In this document: positions 30,469-38,541 of the stretch, piece by piece
Layout of the letters: every line of letters begins with the position of its first letter
Position numbering within the stretch: position 1 is the stretch's first letter
Source: Actinomycetota bacterium
GTDB taxonomy: Bacteria > Actinomycetota > UBA4738 > HRBIN12
Length of the DNA stretch: 64,000 nt
Assembly: GCA_005885035.1 (NCBI GenBank)
Contig: VAXZ01000117.1
Span: 30,992-94,991 of the forward strand
Direction: 5' to 3'
The notes under the pieces: model-generated
The model's input: the letters and a program-made list of their open reading frames with translations, nothing else
Told to the model about the DNA's origin: nothing
Databases searched by the model: none
Translations under genes and position numbers: made by a program

Positions 30469-31361
30469 TACTCCCCGACGGCCTTCTTCCGCGCCGCGGG
30501 CTTCTTCGCTGCGGGCTTCTTCGCGGAGGCCTTCTTCTTGGTCGCCGGCTTCTTCGCTGCCGGCTTGCGCGAGGGAGCGGGCTCGTCCGCCTGCTTCTTG
30601 GCGGCGGCGACCGACGCCTTGAGCGCCTCCATCAGATCGACGACCTTGGCGGTCGGCTCGGGGGCGACGACCTCGATCTCCTGGCCGTTGAGCTTGGCCT
30701 CGACGATCTGGAGCAGGGCCTGGCGGTACTCGTCGGCGTACTCCTCAGGGTTCCACTCCCCCGAGAGCGACTCGATCAGTTGCTTCGCCATCTCCAGCTC
30801 CTGACCACGGATCTTGGCGCTGACGTCGACGCCGCCGAAGTCGGCCTCGCGGATCTCATCGGGCCAGTACATGGTCTCCAGGACGAAGGCCTCATCCTTG
30901 AAGCGGAGCGCCGCGAGGTGCTCCTTGTCCCTGAAGCTGACCTTGGCGACCCCCACTCGACCGTCATCCGCCATGGCCTCGCGGAGCAACGCGTACGCCT
31001 TGGCGCCGGTCTCCTCGGGGACGAGGTAGTAGCTCTTCTTGAACATCACCGGATCGATCTCATCCAGGTCCACGAACCGGTGGATGTCGATAGCCCGGCT
31101 GGACTCGACCGGGATCGCGTTCAGGTCCTCGTCGGTGAGGACCACGTAGCGGTCCTTCTCCACCTCGTAGCCCTTGACGATGTGCTCGAAGGAGACCTCT
31201 TCGCCGTCCTTCTCGCACACGCGCTTGTAGCGGACGCGGCCACCGTCCTCGTCGTGGAGCTGGTTGAACCGCAGGGTCTTCTCTTCGGTCGCCGGGTAGA
31301 CGGCGACCGGGATCGTGACGAGGCCGAACGAGATGGCCCCTTTCCACATGGCTCGTGGCAT
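30468..31361 (-). CDS. ku: non-homologous end-joining protein Ku with lysine-rich C-terminal tail
   Basis: ATG at 31361 is preceded by GGGAGGG. The protein begins MPRAMWKGAISFGLVTIPVAVYPAT... and has a full Ku core. The tail PSRKPAAKKPATKKKASAKKPAAKKPAARKK is encoded by short GC-rich tandem repeats. Confidence 0.9.
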   Translation of the reverse strand: MPRAMWKGAISFGLVTIPVAVYPATEEKTLRFNQLHDEDGGRVRYKRVCEKDGEEVSFEHIVKGYEVEKDRYVVLTDEDLNAIPVESSRAIDIHRFVDLDEIDPVMFKKSYYLVPEETGAKAYALLREAMADDGRVGVAKVSFRDKEHLAALRFKDEAFVLETMYWPDEIREADFGGVDVSAKIRGQELEMAKQLIESLSGEWNPEEYADEYRQALLQIVEAKLNGQEIEVVAPEPTAKVVDLMEALKASVAAAKKQADEPAPSRKPAAKKPATKKKASAKKPAAKKPAARKKAVGE

Positions 31362-31440
31362 GGCTCGCCCTCCCTGAGATGGACCGCACGCAGCGGGAAC
31401 GGTCAGTCTAGCGGCGAAGGCCGACACGGGGGGAGGACGA

Positions 31441-33081
31441 CTACAGGCCGAGCTTGCTCACGATCGGGTCGGTGGTCGCCCCGGTCGTTTCGACGACCGT
31501 CCGGACGGTCCCGTCGACCGTTTGGCTCGCCGAAGAGGTCACTCCGCCGGTCGTCTGATCGACGACATCGGTGACCGTGTCAACGGTGTTGCCGGCCGTG
31601 CTCGTCACAGCGTCCACCGCGTTGCCGACCGCATCACCTGCCGTGTTCGTCACGGTGTGCACGGTGCCGACGGGATCGGGTGTTGGGTCCGGCGTGGGGT
31701 TCGGCGTCGGATCGGGCATCGGATCGCCGGAAGGATCGGTCGTCGGCCCGCCACCGGACCGGGGATCGGTCGTCGTTCCGGTCCCGCCTGATCCGGTCGC
31801 CGGATCGACCGCACGGGGTGTGTCACCCGGACGATCGACGGTCGGCGACCCTCCACGGGCCGGCGTCACCGGGCTCGCCGCGGCACTCGGCGCCGCGGCG
31901 AGCGGCGCGGCCGCGGAGGCGGGGAGGATCTGCAACGCTCCTCCGAGCCCGAGCGCCGCGGCGAGCGCGGTGCTTTTCGCCGCGATCGCGATCTGTTCCC
32001 CCGAGCGGAGGAGCCAACCCAGCACCGGCGTGACGGCCACCCACGATGCCGGTCCGACGGTCCACCAGAGACGACCGATCGAGATGTTGAGGAAGAGCCG
32101 GACCACCGCTGGATCGAACTGACTCCCTGCGCATCGCGCGAGCTCCCGCCGAGCCGCCGGCGGGGTCATCGGTCGCTTGTAGGCCCGCGCCGCAGTCATG
32201 ACCTCGAAGGAGTCGGCGACGCTCACGATCCGAGCGCCGAGGGAGATCTCCTCGCCCTCGAGGCCCGCGGGATAACCCTGGCCGTCGAACCGCTCGTGGT
32301 GTTGCACGATCGTCGCCGCCCACCGGCCGAGCCATGGAAGGAGGGGTTCGGCGATCGCGGCACCCGCCGCGGGGTGCGCCTGCAGGCGCTCCCGTTCGAA
32401 CCGGTCGGGCTTGCCCGCCTTGTTCAGGATGCGACCCGGGACCCGGAGCTTGCCGATGTCGTGCAGGAGCGCTGCCCAGCGGAGCCGGTCGCGGTCCTCG
32501 TCGCCCAGATCGAGCTCGCCGGCCAGCATGTCGGTGTAGGCGCGGACCCGTTCCGAGTGGCCGCGGGTCTTGCGATCGTGCGCGGATAGCGCCGCCACCA
32601 ACCCAAGGATCTGCCGCGCCGCCCTCGCAGGATCGTCCTCAACCCCGATCTGCTTCGCCCGGCTGATCCGTTCTTCGAGCCGGCGGACGTTCCCGGCGGT
32701 CCTGGCCATCGTGAAGCGGGACGGGGCGTGGTCCGGGAAGGCCAGCGAGAGTTGCAGGAGCACCGCGAGCGGCAGGAGTCGCCGCGCGACGCGCTCAACC
32801 GCGAGCGCGACGAGCATCGCCGAACCGAGCAGCCAGAGCGCCCACCAGACCCTCGCCGGGCCTTCGGGAGCATGCACGAGGTGGCCGAGGATCGTCGCCG
32901 CGAGGGCGGCACATGCGGCCGGGACGACCGCCGCCACAGCCCGAAGCGAGAGGCTGAGCAGTGGTCGAGCACGCCATCGGCCGCCGGGCCTGGTCTGCCC
33001 GACCGCCCTCCCAGGCGCCGAAGACGGCCTGCTCACCGAACAGGTATCGGCCGCTCGGCCGACCCCTGAAGGGCCGCTCAC
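31441..33081 (-). CDS. membrane-anchored HD-GYP domain protein (putative c-di-GMP phosphodiesterase) with Pro/Thr-rich C-terminal extension
   Basis: HD-GYP motifs are present: GHSERV, LLHDIGK and HHERFDGQGYP. TM helices lie on both sides of the catalytic domain. The C-terminal roughly 190 aa are Ala/Pro/Thr-rich with degenerate T-x-x-G-x-x-V-D repeats. The start codon (GTG 33081) is uncertain. Confidence 0.8.
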   Translation of the reverse strand: MSGPSGVGRAADTCSVSRPSSAPGRAVGQTRPGGRWRARPLLSLSLRAVAAVVPAACAALAATILGHLVHAPEGPARVWWALWLLGSAMLVALAVERVARRLLPLAVLLQLSLAFPDHAPSRFTMARTAGNVRRLEERISRAKQIGVEDDPARAARQILGLVAALSAHDRKTRGHSERVRAYTDMLAGELDLGDEDRDRLRWAALLHDIGKLRVPGRILNKAGKPDRFERERLQAHPAAGAAIAEPLLPWLGRWAATIVQHHERFDGQGYPAGLEGEEISLGARIVSVADSFEVMTAARAYKRPMTPPAARRELARCAGSQFDPAVVRLFLNISIGRLWWTVGPASWVAVTPVLGWLLRSGEQIAIAAKSTALAAALGLGGALQILPASAAAPLAAAPSAAASPVTPARGGSPTVDRPGDTPRAVDPATGSGGTGTTTDPRSGGGPTTDPSGDPMPDPTPNPTPDPTPDPVGTVHTVTNTAGDAVGNAVDAVTSTAGNTVDTVTDVVDQTTGGVTSSASQTVDGTVRTVVETTGATTDPIVSKLGL

Positions 33082-33125
33082 CGACAGCCGATGCGTCGGA
33101 GCGGCTCCCGACTACCATCGTTGCC

Positions 33126-35572
33126 ATGCCGAAACGAACGCGTGGGAGCGGCGGCCCCGCGTTCACGGTTGCGCTCCCCCGGCCGCTCGAGACCCGGAAG
33201 GGCGAGCGCGACGCCTGGTGGGTCGAGCTTCCCGAGCGAGAGCTCCGGCTCTCCAACCTCGACAAGGTCTTCTGGCCGGATGAGGGCTACACGAAGGGCG
33301 ACGTGATCTCCTAGTACTTCAACGTCGCGGACCTGCTGCTGCCGCACCTCGAGCGGCGACCGCTCACGATGAAGCGGATGCCCGACGGGATCGAAGGTCC
33401 CGACTTCTACGAGAAATCGGCGCCGTCGCACACGCCGGAGTGGGTCCATCGGTGCACGGTCATGTCGGACGACGCGAAGATGGGGCGGATCGACTACCTC
33501 ACGGTCGACGACCTCGCAACGCTGCTGTTCGTCGCGAACCTCGGGGCGATCGAGATGCATCCCCTCCACTCACGCTGCGAGGACGTCCAGCACCCGGATT
33601 ACCTGTTCTTCGATCTGGACCCGTTCCCCCCGTACGCGTACGACGACGTCCTCAACGTGGCCCGGCACATCGAGGTGCTGCTCGAGCAGCTCGGCATGAC
33701 GGGGTTCCCGAAAACGAGCGGGGCGACCGGGCTGCAGATCTACGTTCCGCTGGAGCAGGGCGCGTACACGTACGCGGAGGCCCGCGCGTTCGTGGGCGCC
33801 TGCGGCCGCCTCGTCAAGGCGGCGGACCCGGACAAGGTGACGATGGCCTGGCGGGTCGCCGACCGTGCCGGGAAGATCTTCATCGACCACAACATGAACC
33901 GCCAAGGGGCGAACATCGCCGCCGCGTACTCGCTGCGGCCGGAGCGCCGCGCGCCGGTCTCGACACCGCTCACCTGGGACGAGGTGCGGGCCGGTGGGTT
34001 CGAGCCGCAAGACTTCCGGATCGACAACGTGTGGGAGCGGTTCGCGACGGTCGGCGACCTCTGGACCGGCGTCCGTACTGGACCGGGAGCGGACCTGGCG
34101 GCGGCCCTCGACGCCCTCGGGGTCGAGGTGGAGGATGACGATCCGGTGCGCGGCTCCCTCCCCCGGACCGCGGCGCCCGACGTCCGCAGCAAGACGTCGG
34201 ATGAGATCGCCCTCGCGTCCAAGGACCCGGCGCTCTTCGAGTACGTCCGGAGGCGCGCGTTCGGACCCGAGGGGACGTCCGAGCCGGCGCCCGGCGACGA
34301 GGCTGGCAGCGGCAACTCGTTCGTGATCCACAAGCACCGCGCGACACGACTGCACTACGACGTCCGGCTGGAACACGACGGAGGGTTGCCCTCGTGGGCG
34401 GTCCCGAAAGGGCTTCCCACCACGAAGGGCGAGAATTCGACGACGGCTGGTACGAGCCGATCGAGTGGACCGACACGAAGGTCTCGTTCCGGCTCCACGG
34501 GCGTCGCTATCCGGGGCTCGAGTTCCACTTCGTGAAGACCCGCACCGATTGGCTCGCGTTCCTCGCCTCGAACCAGACGGCGCCACTGATCGCATCGCCC
34601 CCCCGGTTCACGCCGATGCTGGCGGAGGGCGGCGGTCAGCCTTTCGACGATCCCGCGTGGTGGTTCGAGCCGAAGCTCGACGGGATCCGATGTCTCGCCG
34701 AGATGACGACCGCCGAGACCGTCCTTCGTTCACGGACCGGCCGCGACATGACAGCGCAGTACCCTGAGCTCCACATGGTGCAGGAGCTCGTCGATCAGGT
34801 GAACGCGGTGATCGACGGCGAGATCGTGGCCTTCGACGCGAGCGGTCGGAACTCGTTCGAGACGCTCCAGCAGCGGATGAACCTGGCGAACCCCCGTCAG
34901 ATCGAGCGGATGCGCGCGCAGATCCCGGTGGCGCTCGTCGTGTTCGACCTCCTGTGGTTGGACGGCCGGGACACGACCGGTCTGACGCTCGAGGATCGCC
35001 GGGAGCTGCTGCGCCTCGTCGTGGAGCAAGACGATCGGCTCCAGCTCGTCACCTGGGTCGAGGGCGAGGGGAACGCGTTGGTCGCGGCCGCCCAGACCCA
35101 GGGGCTCGAGGGGGTCGTGGCCAAGCGACTGGGTTCCCCGTACCTACCCGGGCGCCGGACCGACGCGTGGCGCAAGATCAAGCTCCGCGACACCCAGGAC
35201 TGCGTGATCCTCGGGTACACGCCGGGCGAACGTGGTCGCAGCGCCACGTTCGGCGCGGTGCTCGTGGGCGCGTACGACGGTGGCACGCTCCGGTGGATCG
35301 GTCAGGCCGGGAGCGGCTTCACGGATCAGATGCTGACGACGGTGCTCGACCAGCTCCGGCCGTTCGTGCGGTCCACCCCCGCGATCGACGACCCCGAGCT
35401 CGCCCGGGTGAAGGGCGCGGTGTTCGTCGAGCCCGAAGTCGTTTGCGAGATCGAGTACGCGGAGATCACGAAGGGCACGAAGAAGATGCGCGCACCGGTC
35501 TTCAAACGGCTCCGGACGGACAAGCTCCCCGAGGACTGCGTGCTCGAGCCGGTGAGGGAGGTGAGCAGGTAG
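33126..35572 (+). pseudogene. ligD: multidomain DNA ligase D (Pol-PE-Lig order), disrupted by an amber codon and a frameshifting internal deletion
   Basis: Pol domain motifs are present (FFDLDP, SGATGLQIYVPL, IFIDHNMNRQGANIAAAYSLRP). The PE domain begins FVIHKHRATRLHYDVRLE...SWAVPKG. The ligase domain has EPKLDGIR (motif I) through KKMRAPVFKRLRTDK. An in-frame TAG lies at 33312..33314. At about 34431..34440 the frame changes and about 30 aa of the PE core are missing. Confidence 0.85.
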
Positions 35573-35585
35573 GCTCGCGCGGACC

Positions 35586-36587
35586 ATGTGGGGTCGGATC
35601 GTCTTCGGAACGGACGGCTCACCGGCGGCGACGCGCGCTGGCGAGGTCGCGGCGACGATCGCGCGCGCGACGTCGGCGAAGCTGATCGCGACGAGCGGGT
35701 ACCGTGCCTCGTCGGTCGGCGCCGAGGAGCTGCTCGCTGAGGCGCTCGACGTCGCCGAGGCCGCCGGGATGCGGCGGGCTCGGCTCGCGGCGGAGGCGGT
35801 GCCGGGTCGCGCCGGCGACGTCCTCGTCGCCGTCGCCGAAGCACAGGATGCCGGGCTGATCGTGGTCGCCCGCGGCGAGGATCGGTCGCTCTCCGATCTG
35901 TCGCGGTGGCTCACGCACCACGCGCCGTGCGACCTGTTGATCGTGGCATCGGGCTCGCGGGATCCCCACGCACCGTACGGTCGGATCGTGATCGCGAGCG
36001 ACGGGAGCGCGACCGCGGATCGGGCGGCGCGCAAAGGGTTCGACCTGGCCCGTGAGGTGCTCGCCAGCGTGACGCTCGTGTTCATCGGACATCCGAAGAC
36101 CGGCGAGCTGGTGATGGGAGACACGATCGATGTCTACGGCCGAGGGATCGAGACCGAGGTACGCCTGCTCGAGGGCGACCCGGCGCATCAGATCATCTCG
36201 ACCGCCGATGACGTCGACGCCGAGCTCGTCGTCGTCGGCAACCGCGGACTGCAGGGAGCGAAGGGGTTCCTGCTCGGCTCGGTCCCGGAGAAGGTCGTCG
36301 AGGCGACCCACCGGGACGTCCTCGTCTGTCGGACCGTGATGCAGATCGCCTCCGAGCTGGGGCCTGGTGAGGGCGGCGTGATCGAGCGTCGCGGGGAGAA
36401 GCTGGCGATCTCCGTCGACGAGACGGGCGCGCAGCATCTGCTGTCCGCCCGGTGCACGCACCTGGGATGCACGGTCGCGTGGAACCCGGCCGAGCACACC
36501 TTCGATTGCCCCTGTCATGGATCGCGGTTCTCGCCGACCGGGGAGGTCGTCAACGGACCGGCCGCGAGACCGCTGCCGCCCGCGTGA
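35586..36587 (+). CDS. tandem universal stress protein (USP) domains fused to a C-terminal Rieske [2Fe-2S] domain
   Basis: 333 aa with two UspA-like modules (RIVFGTDGS...; RIVIASDGS...[23 protein letters not shown]). A Rieske motif follows: CTHLGC...(17 aa)...CPCHGS. Confidence 0.8.
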   Translation: MWGRIVFGTDGSPAATRAGEVAATIARATSAKLIATSGYRASSVGAEELLAEALDVAEAAGMRRARLAAEAVPGRAGDVLVAVAEAQDAGLIVVARGEDRSLSDLSRWLTHHAPCDLLIVASGSRDPHAPYGRIVIASDGSATADRAARKGFDLAREVLASVTLVFIGHPKTGELVMGDTIDVYGRGIETEVRLLEGDPAHQIISTADDVDAELVVVGNRGLQGAKGFLLGSVPEKVVEATHRDVLVCRTVMQIASELGPGEGGVIERRGEKLAISVDETGAQHLLSARCTHLGCTVAWNPAEHTFDCPCHGSRFSPTGEVVNGPAARPLPPA

Positions 36588-36604
36588 GACGCGGGCGGCA
36601 GCGG
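36570..36604. terminator. perfect 15-bp GC hairpin between convergent genes (stop codon in loop)
   Basis: ccgctgccgcccgcg-tgaga-cgcgggcggcagcgg. The loop contains the TGA of the USP-Rieske gene. The position between two convergent genes suggests a bidirectional terminator. No U-tract is present. Confidence 0.55.
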
Positions 36605-36608
36605 CCCC

Positions 36609-36647
36609 AGTGCGGCTGCCTCACTGCGGCTGCCTCAGTGCGGCTGG
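36609..36647. repeat. 14-nt tandem repeat, about 2.8 copies (a[g/c]tgcggctgcctc)
   Basis: agtgcggctgcctc (36609..36622), actgcggctgcctc (36623..36636) and agtgcggctgg (36637..36647). The repeat overlaps the last codons of the minus-strand gene that ends at 36635. Confidence 0.85.
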
Positions 36648-37105
36648 AAGACCATCAGGTACAGGATCGCGGCCAGCCCGACCACGCCGATCGCCGACAG
36701 CACGTGGGCCGTCGGCGATCGCAGGATCTCGGAGAGCTCCTCGTCCGATACCCGAGGAACCCCGGACGGCCGGACCGCGCATGCCTCTTTCACCCTCGTG
36801 AAATAGGGCCGCGCGATCGCGCCCATCGAGGCGGCGATCACCACCAAGATCACGATCGCCAGCCACAGCCACCAGCGCGAGAACGCATCGAACTTGAAGC
36901 CGAGGAACACCCCGGTCACGACGATCGCCGCGAGTGAGACGTACATCGGCACGATCGTCTCGCCGGAAAGGGTGATGAGGTCGACGATCTTCCGTCGGTC
37001 GCGCTCACCCCTGATCCGGTACAGGACGGTGATGGATGTGCCGTGGGTCCCAAGGAGCGCAAGGACGGAAGCGATGTGCAGGAAGAGCAGCCACCTCGTG
37101 TACAT
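36635..37105 (-). CDS. hypothetical membrane protein (4 predicted TM helices)
   Basis: Internal ATG at 37105 of ORF 36635..37363. The upstream part of that ORF overlaps the neighbouring gene. The protein begins MYTRWLLFLHIASVLALLG and has several hydrophobic helices. No family recognised with confidence. Confidence 0.6.
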   Translation of the reverse strand: MYTRWLLFLHIASVLALLGTHGTSITVLYRIRGERDRRKIVDLITLSGETIVPMYVSLAAIVVTGVFLGFKFDAFSRWWLWLAIVILVVIAASMGAIARPYFTRVKEACAVRPSGVPRVSDEELSEILRSPTAHVLSAIGVVGLAAILYLMVFQPH

Positions 37106-37148
37106 CGCGCGAAGGATAACGGGTCGGATCGCCGAGCCGGACGCCGGG

Positions 37149-37667
37149 TCAGAACGGCTCGTAGCCGGCGCGCACCAGCATCGCGCGTGCCTCACGGTCT
37201 TCGATGCCGCGATCGAGCAGCTCCTGGTACAAGCGGATCGCGCCGAGCTGCCTTCCACAACGGGGGCAGTACTGGTACCCGGTGTCGAACGGGGTTTCGC
37301 ACCACGGGCATTGCGTGATCTCGATCGTGCGTCCCTGTTGGAGCCCGGCATCGGCGAGCGCATCCACGTATCCCTTGCCGTAGTCCCACTGGATGTACTC
37401 GTCCTCGTGGATGTTGAAGGCGGGCTCGTGCATCCTCGGCTCGCCCGTGTCCAACATGTGCTCGAGGTTGTCCTGGAGCAGATCCCATTCGTAGAAATGA
37501 TTCTGCCCGCAGTCCTGGCAGGCGATGACGACGCCCTTCACGCCTTGCGGCGAGAAGACATCGTGCATCTTGCCGAGGTCCTCCAGGTCGGCCTCGACGT
37601 CACGACGCTCTTGCGGTGAGAGCTCATACGGTTCCGGCTCCTCCGCGGCGGGGAATCCCTCTTCCAT
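37149..37667 (-). CDS. conserved hypothetical protein with two Cys pairs (zinc-ribbon-like)
   Basis: About 172 aa with an acidic N-terminus. Cys pairs are ACQDCGQNHFYEWDLL and CPWCETPF...YCPRCG. The start ATG at 37667 overlaps the PIG-L stop; GTG at 37670 is an alternative. Confidence 0.65.
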   Translation of the reverse strand: MEEGFPAAEEPEPYELSPQERRDVEADLEDLGKMHDVFSPQGVKGVVIACQDCGQNHFYEWDLLQDNLEHMLDTGEPRMHEPAFNIHEDEYIQWDYGKGYVDALADAGLQQGRTIEITQCPWCETPFDTGYQYCPRCGRQLGAIRLYQELLDRGIEDREARAMLVRAGYEPF

Positions 37668-38395
37668 CACTGATCCTCATCTTGGTCGTCGTCCAGCAGG
37701 TGGAACGCCTTGAACCCTTCGGCGAAGGCATATCCCGATCCGCTCTGCTTCCCAAGCTCTTCGGCTCGCTCGCGGACGAAGGAGGTCGCGCCCTCCGTGT
37801 GCTGGGAGACGTGCTCGGCGAGGGACGCCAGCTTGACGTCCAGGGTCTCCGTGATGTCCACATACGTGTCGGCCTCGTTCATGGCGAGCCAGAGATTCGG
37901 CACCTCGAACGGCTCCAAACCCTCATCCAACAGCTCGGGGAACATCGGCCGGGACGGCGCATCGGGCATCACCGCGGTGAGCGCGAGGAGCCCCGCCTGC
38001 TTGTGGTCCCAGTGATTGATGTACCCGCTGCCGAACCACAGCCGCGAGGGATCGGGCGCCATCAGGACCTCGGGCCGGAGCCTGCGAACCTCGCGGCACA
38101 CCTTCCGGCGCGTGTCGAGCGTCACCTCGAGCATGCCGTCGACCTCACCGAGGAACGTCACGCTCTTCACTCCGAGGACGGCAGCGGCGGCGCGCTGCTC
38201 GCGTTCGCGGACCGGGCGCAACTCCTCGCGGGTCACCCCGGGCTCGTTCGAGCCCGCCGATCCATCGGTGATCACGACGTAGTGGACGTCGCAGCCGTCG
38301 CGCGCCCAGCGCGCGGCCGTGCCGCCGCACATGAACTCGGCATCGTCGGGATGGGCGAACAGAACGAGCGCGCTCGCGAACGTTCCATCGTTCAT
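37667..38395 (-). CDS. PIG-L family deacetylase (LmbE/MshB/Mca-like)
   Basis: 242 aa with the AHPDDAE zinc-binding motif near the N-terminus (VLFAHPDDAEFMCGG) and a downstream HxDH-like INHWDH. Confidence 0.85.
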   Translation of the reverse strand: MNDGTFASALVLFAHPDDAEFMCGGTAARWARDGCDVHYVVITDGSAGSNEPGVTREELRPVREREQRAAAAVLGVKSVTFLGEVDGMLEVTLDTRRKVCREVRRLRPEVLMAPDPSRLWFGSGYINHWDHKQAGLLALTAVMPDAPSRPMFPELLDEGLEPFEVPNLWLAMNEADTYVDITETLDVKLASLAEHVSQHTEGATSFVRERAEELGKQSGSGYAFAEGFKAFHLLDDDQDEDQ

Positions 38396-38541
38396 GATCC
38401 TTCCAGCCTACCGACCTGGGTACGTTGCGCGGCACCTTGGTCTCGGGCGGTGTTCATCCGGCGATGGCACGACGATGGGCCCGCATCGGCATCCGTCGCG
38501 CGGCCCGAGGTCACGACATCGCAACGGCGGCGCGGCGGCGA

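Noticed and set aside
30494-30566. Short tandem repeats considered as a possible CRISPR or minisatellite (also 36609..36647)
   Set aside because: The units are only 12-14 nt, directly adjacent and without spacers, and no cas genes are nearby. The 30.5-kb set simply encodes the Lys/Ala/Pro tail of Ku.
33312-33314. Amber codon in ligD as programmed recoding (pyrrolysine or readthrough)
   Set aside because: No pyl genes or recoding signals are visible. The same gene carries a second, independent disruption (the PE deletion), which makes decay or sequence error the simpler explanation. This cannot be fully excluded without genome-wide data.
34433-34438. GAATTC (EcoRI site) exactly at the ligD PE deletion junction, and CGATCG at the glpK junction, as signs of cloning or engineering artefacts
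   Set aside because: Two 6-mers at junctions are weak evidence. No vector-like sequence flanks them, and the third junction (PHP gene) has no such site. I note them but do not interpret them.
38396-38541. 146-bp and other intergenic regions over 100 bp (11664..11833, 19033..19158, 39553..39702) screened for riboswitch, sRNA or leader-peptide signals
   Set aside because: I saw no conserved riboswitch cores, convincing terminator-flanked sRNA structures or biased mini-ORFs by eye. Only Shine-Dalgarno sequences and weak hairpins are present. A covariance-model scan (Rfam/Infernal) would be needed to exclude them.
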